Source of the DNA: the human T2T-CHM13v2.0 reference genome, Homo sapiens
Direction: 5' to 3' (one strand)
Length of the DNA stretch: 64,000 nt
NCBI RefSeq assembly: GCF_009914755.1
Contig: NC_060927.1
Each line of letters opens with the position of its first letter. The stretch's first letter is position 1. The translations under genes were made by a program, and so were the position numbers. Positions 14,690 through 29,552 of this stretch are shown here, piece by piece. The notes under the pieces were generated by a model. It did no database searches, had not been told where the DNA came from, and saw only the letters and a program-made list of their open reading frames with translations.

Positions 14690-15580
14690 AAATTAATGTA
14701 AACATACCCCCAAAACCAGCAATTCCACTACTCTAAAAAGAAACCTTCACTCAGGAGAGATTAAAACATATTTTCACACAAAGACTTGTACAAGAATATC
14801 TAAAGCAACTTTATTTATAATGGCCAAAAGTAGAAATAATTCATATGTCCATCAGATGATGAATAATAAGCAAAATGTGGTACATCCATACAATGGAGTA
14901 CGATTCAGCAATAAAAAGCAATGAGGTACTGATACATACTAAAATGTGGAGGAACTTCAAAAACATGCTAACTGAAAGGACCTGGGCATGAACAATCATA
15001 TACTGTATTAATCCATTTATATAAAATGTCTAGAAAAGGCAAATTTGTAGACAGAAAGTAGCTTAGTGGTTGGCTAGGCTAGAGATGGGAATGGAAAATG
15101 ACTGCTAATGGTCACAGTTTCTTTTTTCTTTTTTTTGGAGACAGTCTCACTCTGTCGCCCAGGCTGGAGTGCAAGTGGTGTGATCTCAGCTCATTGCAAC
15201 TTCCAACTCCTGGGTTCCAGCGATTCTCCGGCCTCAGCCTCCTGAGTAGCTGGGACTACAGACGTGTGCCACCACGCCCAGCTAATTTTTGTATTTTTAG
15301 TAGAGACAGGGTTTTACCATGTTGGTCAGGTTGGTCTCAAACTCCTGACCTCGTGATCTGCCCATCTCAGCCTCCTAAAGTGCTGGGATTACAGACATGA
15401 GCCACCGCACCTGGCACATGGTCACAGTTTCTTACTGGTGTGATGGGAATGTTCTAAAATCAGAATGCGGTGATGGCTGCACAATCCTGTAAATATGCTA
15501 AAAGTCATTAAATTAGTCACTTAAACTGAGTCAAATTTACAGTGTGTAAATTATGCCTCAATAAAGTCATTTTTAAAAAT
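14690..15580 (+). mobile_element. L1MB-type 3' end, interrupted by an Alu
   Basis: ccagcaattccact ... aaaatgtggtacatccatacaatgga ... attatgcctcaataaag. Confidence 0.8.
15124..15416 (-). mobile_element. AluS (Sg-like)
   Basis: Full Alu reverse complement; perfect 16-bp TSD atggtcacagtttctt at 15108-15123 and 15418-15433. Confidence 0.95.
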
Positions 15581-15899
15581 AAGATTGAATTCTGAAAATC
15601 AGCCAGGATATTGCAGATTAGTTGTAGCTTGGCATCAGTGCACATGGTTTCTTTCTGTTTGTCCTCAAAAATTCTAATGTTGAATTATCTGCATTTCCAG
15701 AAATTAGATCTCACTATGCAAAAAAAAAAAAAAAAAATACTAAAATACTAAAACGTGTTTTAAAATGTAAATACATTCCATTAGCTAATCTAACCAGGAA
15801 TCTGGGAATCATATATAAACTAATATAACTTTAAAAAATATATATCCATGGGAAACAGAATTGTTTATAAGGACTTTTCTTAGTTTACCTTCTTCTACG

Positions 15900-16190
15900 C
15901 CCTCACAAAGTTCCTTATCCATCCAGGATCCAGAGAAATTTTTTTAAGCCTAGAGCAGATTATATCACTACTGTTGGAAGCTGCCAGCAGTGAGAACAAT
16001 CTATATCTCACTCTCCCACAGTCTGAAAGGTCCTCAATGCTCTCACCTTTGCCTGCCTCTCTGGACCCACTTCACATCATGTTTCTCATCCCTAAATTTA
16101 AACACCAGCCACACTGGCCTTGTTGCTGTCCTTCCAAAAACCCCAAGTTTGTTCCAGCCTCGGAGTCTTTGCACTGGCTCTGCCTTAAAA
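15900..16190 (+). mobile_element. L2 fragment
   Basis: ccagccacactggccttgttgctgtccttcc ... gtctttgcactggct. Confidence 0.6.
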
Positions 16191-16197
16191 GGCAATG

Positions 16198-16720
<523 letters not shown>

Positions 16721-16864
16721 TTAGAAGAGCTTTTATATAAAACTTCTTAAAGTATCTGCCTGAAATGATCTTTCCCCACATCTCTTCAGAAAAGGCCTCC
16801 TATCATTCCGAACTCAGTTCAAATGTCCTCACCTTAAGCCCCTCATTAACTAATTCTTAACTCC

Positions 16865-17800
16865 ATGTATTCAATACATAGTTATTAAATGCTTGTTTTG
16901 TGCCAGGCACTGTTTTCGGTGCTGAGCAAGTATGAAGAAAACAAGTAAAGATTATTGCTCTCATGGAACTGACTCTCCAGTGCGGTAAGACAGAAGATAA
17001 ACAATAGTCATACAAATATATCATGTCAGAAGCAATCTGTGCTGGAGAATACAGGAAATGGAGAGCAGAGTGAGTGGGGTGGGGAGTGCAGGAGAGGGGC
17101 TGAGAAGGACTAGTCTGCATCATTGCATGGGGTGGCCAGGGACACTGAGAAGTGGCATCTAAGCAAAGAGTTGAAGGAGGCAAAGGAGTTAGTCAGAGGT
17201 GATGGTCAGGAATAGTGTTCCATGCATTGATAACGGCCAGAGCAGAGGCCCTGAAGCCAGGCCCGGGAGGCTGGAGTGTGCCCGGCCTGTTTGAGGGCCT
17301 CAAGGGGCCATTGGGCTGCAGTGAAGGGACAGAGAAGGAGAAAAGGTTAGTCCTAAAAAAGGGGAGCTGTGCTCAGAGAGGTATGAAGGGCATCGGGTAG
17401 ATTATACAAGGCGTCCAGGGCCATTTAAACTCTTTGCCTTCTTATCACGGTGATATAGTGGGGGGTGGCAGATAGACACTAAGAGGACACCCAGTTATCC
17501 CCACTGACCCACTGAAATTGTGAGATAAAAAAACGTGTGTTGTTTTAAGCCACTACTTGTAGTAATTTATTACCCAGCAAAAGATAATGAAGAGGGAGAC
17601 AAAAAGGTTTTGAGCAAAGGAGTGAAGTGATCTGATTTGTTTTATAGGGAGTGCTCTGGAAGTGGCATGGAGAATAAGCTAAAAGAGAGCAAGCACTGAA
17701 TCAAGGAGTCCAGGCAGGAAACCATTGCAATAATCCAGGCAAGAGATGATGGTGACTTAGACTTGGACTAGGATGTGGGATCATGAGAAGCAGTCATATT
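16865..17800 (-). mobile_element. L2a, containing a short internally deleted MLT1 LTR piece (~17460-17592)
   Basis: ttattaaatgcttgttttgtgccaggcactg ... attgcaataatccaggcaagagatgatggtg; MLT1 end tgttgttttaagccact. Confidence 0.75.
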
Positions 17801-18199
17801 TTCTCTTTCTCATAGAACTTCTGCCTAAAACCTGCATACATTTTAACTCATTTGCTATAACTTCTTTCATTCCTCAACCCATCCCTGAAAGAACCAAAGT
17901 CCTATGAGCATAGACACCTTGTCCATCTTTTGCATAATTTTAAGCACTGCAACTAACACACAGAGTGGGTGCTAAATAAAAGTTTGTAGAATAAGTGAAT
18001 GGAAGAGTGAATTTGTGAATGAATGAATGAGTAAATGGGTAAATGAATATGAGTTCAAATTCACTTTTATCCTTTGTGCAGTACACATATGATTTTTAAC
18101 TTAGGATAAATGAAATATTTCAAATTAATGAAACAGCTATTTTTATAGCTGTTACTGGAAGAGCTAACAATTTGAAACAAAAATTAAATTCAATACTTT

Positions 18200-19000
18200 A
18201 TATACTTCAAAAGATGGCAGATAGCTTAAAGAGTTTAATATTTAAAAATAAATCCTAAAAGAACAAAAAGAAAATATAACAATTATTTTAATATGGAAAA
18301 GGACTCTCCAAAGGCAGAAACTACTTTAAAAAGATTGATAGGTTTGATAACACAAAAATTCTTAACTTCTGTGCAGGAAAATCATTATAAACAAAAGTTA
18401 AAACCTAACAAACATACAAAAAAAGTAACTATATATGGACAATGGAATAATACCCTTCATGCATAAAGGACATTTACAAATAAATAAAGGAAAAATCCTC
18501 CATAGAAAAATTTGACTAAAGTATAGAAGAATTTATAAGAAGGACATATAAATGTTCAAAAAACATAAGAAGGGTCCAACCTTACAAGAAATTAAATATA
18601 TGTAAATTAAAGCCCAATAAATTAATACTTTTCTCCTATCAAATAGACATTGATTTCTTTTAATGTTAATACAGATGTTGGCCAAGTCACTGGTTAATGA
18701 ACATTATTATTCATTTTGGCTCACATTAGTATTAATTGATAAATTTCAAGGGGTGATTCAGTAGTATGCAGCAAGTACCTTTAAAATGTCCATAACCATT
18801 GGCCACCTGATTTTACTTATTTTAAAGAAATTATCCCAGATGCACATACAAAGACGCATGTGTATACAATGGAATACAAGACAGACGTAAAAATGTTATC
18901 ATTGTAGGACAGATAGTAATTATATTGAAAAATGTACTCCATACAGTATATTGTTAAATGGAAAAAAGTTATAAAGCAGATTATACAGAGTTGTTTCCAT
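18200..19000 (+). mobile_element. Old L1M ORF2/3' remnant
   Basis: aaaagattgataggtttga ... aacttctgt ... tgtccataacc motifs; very diverged. Confidence 0.5.
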
Positions 19001-19062
19001 TTTTAGAATATACATATATAATTATTATTGTGTGGTTATACAAATATATACAGGTGATAAAA

Positions 19063-19168
19063 ATGACATAAAACTATATATACTCATTGTACCAATGTCA
19101 ATTTCCTGGCTTCTGATGACATAGAACTATATACACTCATTGTACCAATGTTAATTTCCTGGCTTCTG
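19063..19168. repeat. 53-bp tandem duplication (2 copies) inside an L1MC-like fragment
   Basis: atgacata(a/g)aactatata(t/c)actcattgtaccaatgt(c/t)aatttcctggcttctg twice, 3 mismatches. Confidence 0.9.
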
Positions 19169-19409
19169 ACATTGTACTTTAGTTATATAAAACAGAACCA
19201 TTGGGTATGACTGGGTGAAATGTGTAAGATTTGACTAATTTTTATTTTCATCACATGTTTATACTTTTGTTCAATGAACAAATATTTTCATAAGAAAATA
19301 TTATTGAATAATGTAAAAACCTAAAGATGTCCCAATAATTAAAATCTTTTTGAATATATATTTATGTGTGTGTGTGTATTATAGATGTAAGATATACATA
19401 TGAGGAAAG

Positions 19410-19460
19410 ATGGATGGATGAATGGATGGATGGATGGATGGATGGATGGATGGATAGATG
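19410..19460. repeat. (GGAT)n tetranucleotide STR
   Basis: Seen directly. Confidence 0.95.
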
Positions 19461-19799
19461 ACAGAGCCATTATGAAACTTATCATATATTAAAATGACAT
19501 CACAAAAATGCTTCTGATAATACAAGTTGGATATGTAAGGAACAGACAGAGCTTTCATATTAATCAGTGGTAAGCTACTGTATCTTTAAATTGAGTTAAT
19601 AATCAGTTCTTTACATTAAATCACATTTTTATAATTGTATATGTATTTTATTGTGATCAATTACAAACATAGACATCAACATCAACAAATATAAAACAGC
19701 CTTGTTTTTTCTTCTCTCCTGTCCCCATCACTGAAATGTCCTTCAGCTCTTCCCTTTTCCTTGCCTTCAAGAATTACGATGGAAACAGTTTGAAATGGA

Positions 19800-19990
19800 A
19801 AAAAAACTGCAATTTGAATTTGATTTATTCTATTTAGCATCTGTGGTCAGGGGCAAATCTTTTATCCTCTCTGAGTCTCGGTTAACTCTTCTGTAAATGG
19901 AAATATTAATTAAGCCACTTACAGAGTAGTTGGGAGCATTAACTGAGAAGACATGTGCAAAGTAACAAATACTGGTAGGTTCTTCACACA
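19800..19990 (+). mobile_element. MIR SINE
   Basis: gggcaaatctttt ... tctctgagtctcggtt ... ctgtaaatgg core. Confidence 0.65.
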
Positions 19991-20237
19991 TGTGAGATTC
20001 CTCTTTTTTCTTTCTCCATTTACTTCCTATTCCTTGACCTCTCCTATTGCCAACATTTTGAAATTCTTATTTTCTGAGAAAACACAAGGATTTTTTTAAA
20101 TTTGTGCAGACTGGGACACTAATTTTCTCAGCAAGATCACATTTTAAGAACTAAGCATCACTAAGGGCTTTTTTCTTTTATGGGGATGAGAGGGTATGGA
20201 GGAGAACAGAGACTAATATTTTTTTGGCACCACTCAC

Positions 20238-20337
20238 AGCCCAGTGCCGTATGGAGCACAGCCTCTCCCAGTTATAACAGTTGTTGGATATTCAGTTTTA
20301 CCGAATCCACCAAGAGTACATTTATCTGGAAAAACTC
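20238..20337 (-). pseudogene. Candidate exon (100 nt) of a decayed gene or lncRNA
   Basis: Acceptor gctttctttagtgttctcag and donor gtgagt; frames EFFQINVLLVDSVKLNIQQLL*LGEAVLHTALG or open VFPDKCTLGGFGKTEYPTTVITGRGCAPYGTG. Confidence 0.3.
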
Positions 20338-21123
20338 CTGAGAACACTAAAGAAAGCTAAGAGCAATTCTATTCTCGAAGCACTATTTCTTCTCCATGTC
20401 ATTTTTAATGCTGCTGAATGCCATTATGCAATGATTTTAGTAGAAGTCGGCTTTTCAAAATGGCATATTTTTTCGCCTATCCCCAAGAATTCATCTTATA
20501 TTTCAAATGGCCTAGTTTCAAGCTGTTATATCAGTCAGGCTAACACATGGTCACAGGCTTAGCAATTTAGGGGTAGGGGAGGGGAGAGGGAGATGAAAGG
20601 GCTTGATTTGCCACGATGGTATAGCACAGCCCTTAAATCTTTAGGGTTTCTTCAAGTCCTGGCTTCACCTCCTCTGTTGTTCCACATCCACACATACTCA
20701 GCATTTCACATTCAGGTCATCCAGCCCTTATTTCCAGCTCACTATCACAACCCTCAGGGCAGTCCACTGTGGTCTTTCCCATCATTCAAATAAATAACAA
20801 AATCGTGTGCTGCAAAAACAGCAATAAGTGAAAAATGCAAACCTGCCTGTCCTGTATGTGACTCATGGCACAGCAAGCTGAAGGATCTTCAGTGTGCTAT
20901 TCTCATTACATAATAACCCCTCTGGTTCCAAGCTGCAGGAGCCCTTCCAATTTATATCAGTGTCTGGGTTGTTCATCTTTTTTTTTTACCATTCTGGCCT
21001 TTAGCCTGTATCTATTCTCTGTTAGCTCTAATCTAAGTAAGGAGAATACATTCTGCAGAGTCAAGCAGGTAGGGCTGATTTTTAAATGTGCACATATTTA
21101 GGTAGAATATTCTAATGCTTCAT

Positions 21124-21273
21124 TGTAGTGGGCATTTGTTTTCCATTTTCTGAGCTTGGTTGGCCCCATTCTCCCCGCATCCTTGGAGCTGCCAATACTT
21201 CCAGTAGACTCTTTTCCTATAAAATGTGGCCAGTTATTTCCTGTTATTTGCAACCAAGAACCCTGAGTAATAT
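21124..21273 (+). mobile_element. LTR33-type (ERVL) LTR, internally deleted
   Basis: Start tgtagtgggcatttgtt and end ttgcaaccaagaaccctgagtaata both present. Confidence 0.55.
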
Positions 21274-21664
21274 AACCTTCAAGTCATCACAATACATTCT
21301 CATAATCTAAGATAAGGGCAATAAAAATATGTGGAGACCTTCAGATAATATGAATATTAATAAAATGTATACTTGAAAGAAAGATGTTTATGAAACACTG
21401 CCAGGGAAAACAAGCGCTGTATAAAACAGTATGTATAGTATGATCTTTTTGCAAAAGAAAAAATATAGATATATATCTACATGTCAAGAAAACTGAAAGG
21501 ATACTATCAAAATGTTAATAGGGTGGGTAATCTTCATGAGAAGAACTCGCCTGTGATTTTTATTTAATTCTTTTTGCTTCTCCATGCTTTCTATAGTTTC
21601 TACCATGAACACATATTCCTTTTGCAATATGAAACAAATAATAAATGTTATTTTAAGGAATGCA

Positions 21665-21996
21665 TTATATGTTGAATTCCTAACACCCAATGTGACAATA
21701 TTAGGAGGCAGAGACTTTGGAAGGTATTTAGGTAATGAGGATGGAGCCCTCATGAATGGGATTAGTGCCCTTACTCTAAGAGGTCAGAGAGCTACTTAGC
21801 TGCCTTTCTACCAGGTGAAGATACAATGAGAAGTTGGCAGTCTGTGGCCCAGAAGACAGCTTTCATCAGAACCTGATCATGCTAGCACCCTGATATCAGA
21901 CATCAAGGCCTCCAGAATCAGGAGAAATAAATTCCTGTTGTTTGTAAGCCACCCAGTCTATGGTACTTTGTTATAGAAGCCTAAGCTGACTAAGAC
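21665..21996 (+). mobile_element. MLT1A MaLR LTR
   Basis: ggagccctcatgaatgggattagtgccctta ... taagccacccagtctatggtactttgttatag ... ctaagaca. Confidence 0.85.
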
Positions 21997-22409
21997 ATTT
22001 AGCAATATTGCAATTTCAGACAAATTTCCGCCTTTTTTAAATAAATAAAATAAAAGCAGAAATTTTTTAGGAAGTTTCAAAGCTCACTAGTTAAAGGCTG
22101 TGCCATTACAGTCCTGATAATTTACTCACCTCACATCAATTCCTCTCCTGCTAGGATAATTCTGTAGAAACATTTGTCTGTGTTTTTTTTTTCTTTTTAT
22201 TAATTATTCAGCATTGTGTCTGGTTTTGCTTCAAAGGTCGGAGGCAAAATTTTCAAGTGCTCTTAGAATTTACTTATTTTCCTTCAAGAGTGTTTAGAAT
22301 AAAATATCCAGAGTTATATAATCTGTTAAACATTAATTGGTCATGCAAAATTTTACATCTCTTGATTGTACCATTTCTAGAGTTCAGTCCTTGCTCTCTC
22401 CTTGTACAT

Positions 22410-22469
22410 CATTGGTTTTCAAACGTATTGGTCTTGGGATCTCTTTATACTTATAAAAATTGCATAGAG
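22410..22469 (-). mobile_element. Charlie1-derived hAT element, left piece (split by L1PB)
   Basis: TIR-like cattggttttcaaac followed by ttggtcttgggatctctttatac. Confidence 0.65.
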
Positions 22470-22471
22470 GT

Positions 22472-25400
22472 TTGGGGGAGAAATGGCAGATAAGAAGTAG
22501 AACTAACTTGCAGCTCCCACTCAGACAAACAGAAAAGCATGTGGAGACTCACATCATAAATTTTTGCTCCATGAACCACCACAGGAACATACCAGGAAAA
22601 TGGAAAGAATTCACAGACCCTTTGAAAGAAGCAGCTTGCCACTGCAAACTCCATGAGACAGCTGAAAAACTGTGAATGCCCAAAGTGTGAGAAGGGGAAA
22701 GTCCACCTCCAAACACACATCCTCACCGGGGAACCTGAAAATCCAGATTTTAGATCCAGATTGAGAGAGTGCAGCAAAATATAAAAGTAGAAGAAGCAGG
22801 GGAAAGAGCCCTGTAGGCACTCCCAGTCCCCAAGGAGGCCATTTCTGACTTTGTCTCACAGGGGTTTTTGGGGAGGGCAGCCAATAAAATTGGGGAAGGG
22901 CCACAGGGAGACGTCCAGCTGAACTTTGCAATAATTTTGACTTAGCGTGAAATTTCCTGGGCAGAATCCAGGGGGTGAGTGGGAAGCGCAGATAAGAGCA
23001 CAGAAGCCACAGCAGGCAGGGAGGGGTGAAGCTTGCAAGCCCTGCTTGCTTTCTCAGCAGGGAAGCTTATAGCCTGGGGCAAGATCTGATCCCTGCACAC
23101 TGGAGGCCTGGATATGAATTCAGCTCTGTTGGCTGTTGGGGGAGCACAATGGGGGTTGGACTGGCCTTGCTGGGTACCTGGGAGCTGAGTGGGAACTGTC
23201 ACTGCTGGCTTTCCCCCATTTCCCTAGCAACCTGTACAAAGCACCAGAGGAAGCCATAATCCCCCTTGGAACATAACTTCATTGGCCTGAGAACCACCCA
23301 ATCCACCCCCACAGTGGATGCAGCAAACCCCACCCAAGGAGAGTCTGAGCTCAGACATGCCTAACACCACCTTCACCTGATGGTCTTTCTCTACCTGCCT
23401 GGTAGCCAAAGACAAAAGACATAAACTCGTGGGAGCTCTGCACCCCCACCCATTATCTGAGAAACCTGAATACTTATCCAGGTGACTTTAGAGCAAGCTT
23501 GTATCCTCCCCTACCCCCATACTACCGTAACTGACGCTTTCTTGAAAGCACCACCTTCTGGCTGGAGGCCAGTCAACTCAAGCCATTACAGCAACTCATA
23601 ACAGAACAACCCTGCTCCAAGAAAGGAGAAAACAACAGCTAATTCCACCACCTGCAACATCCTCACTGACCAGAGCTCCTGAGTCTGCCCACATGACAAC
23701 TTCACTGCTAGCAAAACCAGCATTCGGGAAAACCCTGCCACCTCTGCCACAGCAGATGCTGATATCCACGGCTGAGAGCTCAGAAGATAGATCACACCCA
23801 GGACTCTTTGCCGGCACTCCCCGGTACCAGCCAGAAGCCCAGTAGCTCTGCTGGGTGGCTAGACCCAGAAAAGCAACAACAATCACTGCAGTCTGGCTCT
23901 CAAGAAGCCCCATTTCTAAGAGAAGGCGGGGAGCACTACATCAAGGGATCACCCCACGGGACAAAAGAATCTGAAAAGAAGCCCTCGTGTTCCAGATATT
24001 TTCTCTGATATAGTCTACCCAAATGAGAAGGAACCAGAAAAACAATTCTGGTAATATGACAAAACAATGTAACACCCCCAAAAGATCACATGAGCTATGG
24101 ATCCAAACCAAGATGAAATCTCTGAATTGCTAAATACAGAATTCAGAGGTCGATTATTAAGCTACTCAAAGAGGTACCAGAGAAAGGTGAAAACCAACTT
24201 AAAGAAATTTAAAAGATAATACAAGATATGGAAGAAAATAAATCTCCAGATAGATATCATAAATAAAAATAATCACAACTTCTGGAAATGAAAGACACAC
24301 TGTATTAGTCTGTTTTCATGCTGCTGATAAAGACATACCCAAGACTGGGCAATTTACAAAACAAAGAGGTTTAATGGGTTTACAGTTCCATGTGGCTGGA
24401 GAGGCCTCACGATCATGGCAGAAGATGAAGGGTATGTCTCACATGGCTGCAGGTAAGAGAAGAGTTCGTGCAGGGAAACTCCCATTTTTAAAACCATCAG
24501 ATCTCATGAGATTGATTTACTATCACAAGAACAGCGGAGGAAAGACCAGCCCCCATAATTCCATCACCTCCCACCAGGTTCCTCCCATGACACGTGGGAG
24601 TTGAGGGAATTATAATTCAAGATGATATTTGGATGGGGACAGAGCCAAACCATATCACGCACTTAGAGAAATGCAAAATGCACTGGAAAGTATTAACAGC
24701 ATATTGGGATTACGTTAAATGCCAAACCTAAGAATAATTGGTGTTCCTGAGGAAGAAGAGAAATCTAAAAGTCTGGAAGACTTATTTGAGGGAATAATCG
24801 AGGAAAACTTCCCCAACCTTGCTAGAGATCCAGATATCCAAATACAAGAAGCTCAAAGAACACCCAAGAAATTCATCACAAAAAAAATCATCTCCCAGGC
24901 ACATAGTTATCAGGTTACCTAAAGTCAAGACAAAAGAAAGAATCTTAAGAGCTGTGAAGCAAAAGCATCAGGTAACCTATAAAGGAAAACCTACCAGATT
25001 AACAGCAGATTTCTCAGCAGAAACCCTGCAAGCTAGAGGTGATTAGGGTCCTATCTTCAGCCTCTTTAAACAAAATAATTATCAACCAAAAATTGTGTAT
25101 CCAAGGAAACTAAGCTTCATAAATGAAGGAAAGATAAAGTTTTTTTCAGACAAACAAATGCTAAGAGAATTCACCACTACAAAGCCAGCACTACAGGAAT
25201 TACTACAAAGAGTTCTAAATTCTGAAACAAAACCTGGAAAAACACCAAAACGGACCTCCTTAAAGCATCAATCTCACAGGGCCTATAAAACAATAATACA
25301 ATGAAAAAAACAAGGTATTCAGGCAACAACTAGCACAATGAATAGAATAGTACCTCACATCTCAATACTGATTTTGAATGCAAATGACCAAAATACTCCA

Positions 25401-28400
25401 ATTAAAAGATACAGAATGGCAGAATGAATAAGAGTTCACCAACCAAGTAATCTGCTTTCTTCAAGAGACTCAACCTAACACAGAAGAACTCATGCAAACT
25501 TAAGGTAAAGGGGTGAAAAAAAAGATATCCCATACAAATGGCCACCAAAAGCAAGAAGGAGTAGGCTTTCTTATATCAAATAAAACAGACTTTAAAGCAA
25601 CAACAGTTAAAAAAGACAAAGAGGGACATTACATAATGATAAAAGCACTAGTCCAACAGGAAAATATCACAATCCTGAATATATATGCACATAACACTGG
25701 AGCACCCAAATTTATAAAACAATTACTACTAGACTTAAAAAATGAGAGAGATGGCAACACAGTAATAGTGGGGGACTTCAGTACTCCAGTGACAGCACTA
25801 AACAGGTCATCAAGACAGAAAGTCAACAAAGAAACAATGGACTTAAGAAGCTATACCCTAGAACAAATAGACTTAACAGATATTTACAGAACATTCTACC
25901 CAATAACTGCAGAATATACATTTTATTCATCAGCTTATGGAACATTCTCCAGGATAAACCATATGATAGGCCAGAAAACAAGTCTCAATACATTTAAGAA
26001 GACTAAAATTATACCAAGTACTCTCACAGTTCACAGTGAAATAAAATTGGAAATCAACTCCAAAAGGGACCCTCAAAACCATGCAAATACATGGAAATTA
26101 AATAATCTGCTCTGGAATGATCTCTGGATCAACAATAAAATCAAGAGGGAAATTTTTGTTTTTTGAATTGAATGATAATAGTGACATAGCCTATCAAAAG
26201 CTCTGGGATACAGCAAAAGTGGTAGTAAGAGGAAAGTTCATAGCAATGAATGCCTACATCAAAAAGTCTGAAAGAATACAAATAGACAATCTAAGGTCAC
26301 ACCTCCAGGCCTTTGAGAATCAAGAACCACACCCAAACCCAGCAGAAGAAAAGAAATAACAAAGATCAGAGCAGAACCAAACGAAATTGAAACAAAAACC
26401 CCAAAAGATGACCGATACAAGCAGTTGGTTCTTTGAAAAGATAAAATTGATAGACCATTAGCAAGATTAACCAAGAAAAGAAGATCCAAAAAGCTCAATT
26501 AAAAACAAAATGGGAGATATTACAACTGACACCACAGAAATACAAAAGATCATTCAAGACTACTATGAACACCTTTATGCTCATAAACTAGAAAACCTAG
26601 AGGAAATGGATAAATTCCTGAAAATATGCAGCCTTCCTAGCTTAAATCAGGAAGAAGTAAAAACCCTGAAGAAATCAATAACAAGCAGCAAGATTGAAAT
26701 GGTAGTAAAAAAAAATTACCAACAAAAAAAAGTCCAAGATCAGATAGATTCTCAGCTGAATTTTATCAGACATTCAAAGAATTGGTACCAAACCTACTGA
26801 AATGATTCCAAAGATAGAGAAAGAGGGAATCCTCCCTAAATAATTATATGAAGCCAGTATCACCCTAATACCAAAACCAGGAGAGGACATTAAAAAAAAA
26901 AGAAAACTACACACCAATATCCCTGATGAAGATAGATGCAAAAATCCTCAACAAAATACTAGCTGACCAAACCTAACAGCATATCAAAAAAAAATCCACC
27001 ACGATTAAAGTGGGCTTCATACCAGGGATATAGGGATGGTTTAACATACACAAATCTATAAATGGGATACACCACATAAGCAGAATTTAAAACAAAAATC
27101 ACACGATCATCTCAATAATTGCAGAAAAACCATTTGATAAAATCCAGCACCCATTTATGGTTAAAATCCTCAGCAAAATCAGCATAGAAGGGACATACCT
27201 CAATGTAATAAAAGCCATCTATGACAAACCCACAGCCAATATTATAATGAATAGGGAAAAGTTGAAAGCATTCCCCCTGAGAAGTGGAATAAGACAATGA
27301 TGCCCACTTTCACCACTTCTATTCAACATAGTACTAGAAGTCCTAGCCAGAGCAATCAGACAAGAGAAAGAAATGAAGGGCATCCACATTGGTAAACAGG
27401 AAGTCAAACTGTCGCTGTTCACCAGTGATATGATCATATATGTAGAAAACCCTAAAAACTCATCCAAAAAGCTCCTAGATCTAATAAATGAATTCAGTAA
27501 AGTCTCAGGATATAAAATCAATGTAGACAAATCAGTAGCACTGTTATACACCAACAGTGACCAAGCTGAGAATCAAATCAAGAACTCAAACTCTTTTACA
27601 ATAGCTGCAAAAAAATAAATACTTTGCAATATACCTAACCAATGAGGTGAAAGACCTCTATAAGGAAAACTACAAAACACTGTTGAAAGAAATAATAGAT
27701 AACACAAACAAATAACAGACAACACCCATACTCATGGATGGGTAGAATCAATATTGTGAAAATGACCCCACTGCCAGAAGCAATCTATAAATTCAGTGCA
27801 ATTCCCATCAAAATACCATCATCATTCTTCACAGAACTAGAAAAAACAATCCTAAAATTAATGTGGAGCCAAAAGAGAGCCCACATAGCCAAAGCAAGAC
27901 TAAGTAAAAAGAACAAATCTGGAGGCATCACATTACCTGACTCAAACTATACTACAAGGCTATGGTCACCAAAACATCACGGTACTGGTATAAAAATAGG
28001 CACATAGATCAATGGAATAGAACAGAGAACCCAGAAATAAAGTCAAATAGTTACAGCCAACTGATCTTTGACATAGCAAACAAAAACATAAAGTAAAGAA
28101 AGGATATTCTATTCAACAAATGGTTCTGGGATAATTGGCAAGCCACGTGTTCAAGAATAAAACTGGATCCTCATCTCTCACCTCATACAAAAATCAACTC
28201 CAGATGAATCAAACACTTAAATCTAGGACCTAAAACTATAAAAATTCTAGAAGATAACATTGGAAAAACTCTTCTGAACATTGACTTAGGCAAAAACTTC
28301 ATGACTAAGAACCCAAACACAAATGCAACAAAAACAAAAAATAAATAAATAGGACCTAAGTAAACTAAAAAGCTTCTGCACAGCAAAAGAAATGATCAGC

Positions 28401-29552
28401 AGAGTAAACAGACAACACACAGAGTGGGAGAAAATATTCACAAACTATGCATTTGACAAAGGGCTAATCTCTAGAATCTACAAGGAACTCAAACAAATCA
28501 GCAAGATAAAGAAACAAACAATCTCCCGAAAAATAGACAATTCTCAAAAGAAGATATACAAATGGCCAAGAAACGTATGAAAAAAGGTTCAACATCACTA
28601 AAAATCAGGGAAATGCAAATCAAAACCACAGTGCCATACCACCTTACTCCTGCAAGAATGGCCATAATCAATAAATCAAAAAATAATAGATGTTGGCGTG
28701 GAATTGCTGAAAAGGGAACACTTTTACACTGCTGGTGGGAATGTAAACTAGTACAACTACTATGGAAAACAGTGTGGAGATTCCTTAAAGAACTAAAAGT
28801 AGATCTACTGTTTGATCCACCAATCCCACTACTAGGTATCTACCCAGAGGAAAAAAGTCGTTATATGAAAAAGACACTTGCACACGCATGTTTATAGCAG
28901 CACAATTTGCAATCGCAAAAAATATGGAACCAGCCCAAATGCCCATCAATTAATAAGTGGATAAAGAAAATATGGTGTGTGAGAATATGTATATATAATA
29001 TATATCAATTTTATGTATATAATGGATATATATATGATTTATATTCATGAATATTCTTTTCATAATCTTCTCCTGGCTGTATATAGTATATATATATATA
29101 TCCATGACATATATACTATATATATGATATTTAAAGAAAATATGGCGTGTGTATACATATATAAATCTTCATTTTATATATATATATATACACACACATA
29201 TATATATGTATGTATACTACTGAGCCATAAAAAAAATGAAATAATAGCATTCACAGAAACCTGGATGGAGTTGGAGACCATTATTCTAAGAGAAGTAACT
29301 TAGGAATGGAAAACAAAACATCATGTGTTCTTACTTATAAGTGGGAGCTAAGCTATGAGGACACAAAGGCATAAGAATGATAAAATGGACTTTGGGTAAT
29401 CAGGGGTAGAGTGGGAGGGGAGTTGAGGCATAAAAGACAACACACTGGGTATAGTGTACACTGCTTGGGTGATGGGTGCACCTAAATCACCACTAAATAA
29501 CTTATCCACATAACCAAACACCGCCTGTTCCCCAAAAACTATTTAAATTAAA
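22472..29552 (+). mobile_element. Near full-length L1PB1/2-type LINE-1 with disrupted ORF1/ORF2
   Basis: L1PB-type 5' UTR; ORF1 pieces (PNLRIIGVPEEEE); ORF2 EN/RT pieces ([16 protein letters not shown]); L1PB 3' UTR ctatgaggacacaaaggcataagaatga. Confidence 0.95.
24301..24657 (-). mobile_element. THE1B-type solo LTR nested in L1PB ORF1
   Basis: tgtattagtctgttttcatgctgctgataaagac ... ccaaaccatatca; 5-bp TSD cacac/cgcac. Confidence 0.93.

Noticed and set aside
19063-19168. Direct repeats as a CRISPR-like array
   Set aside because: Two adjacent copies with no spacers in mammalian DNA; simple tandem duplication
25513-26166. 217-aa ORF
   Set aside because: L1PB endonuclease fragment lacking its N-terminus
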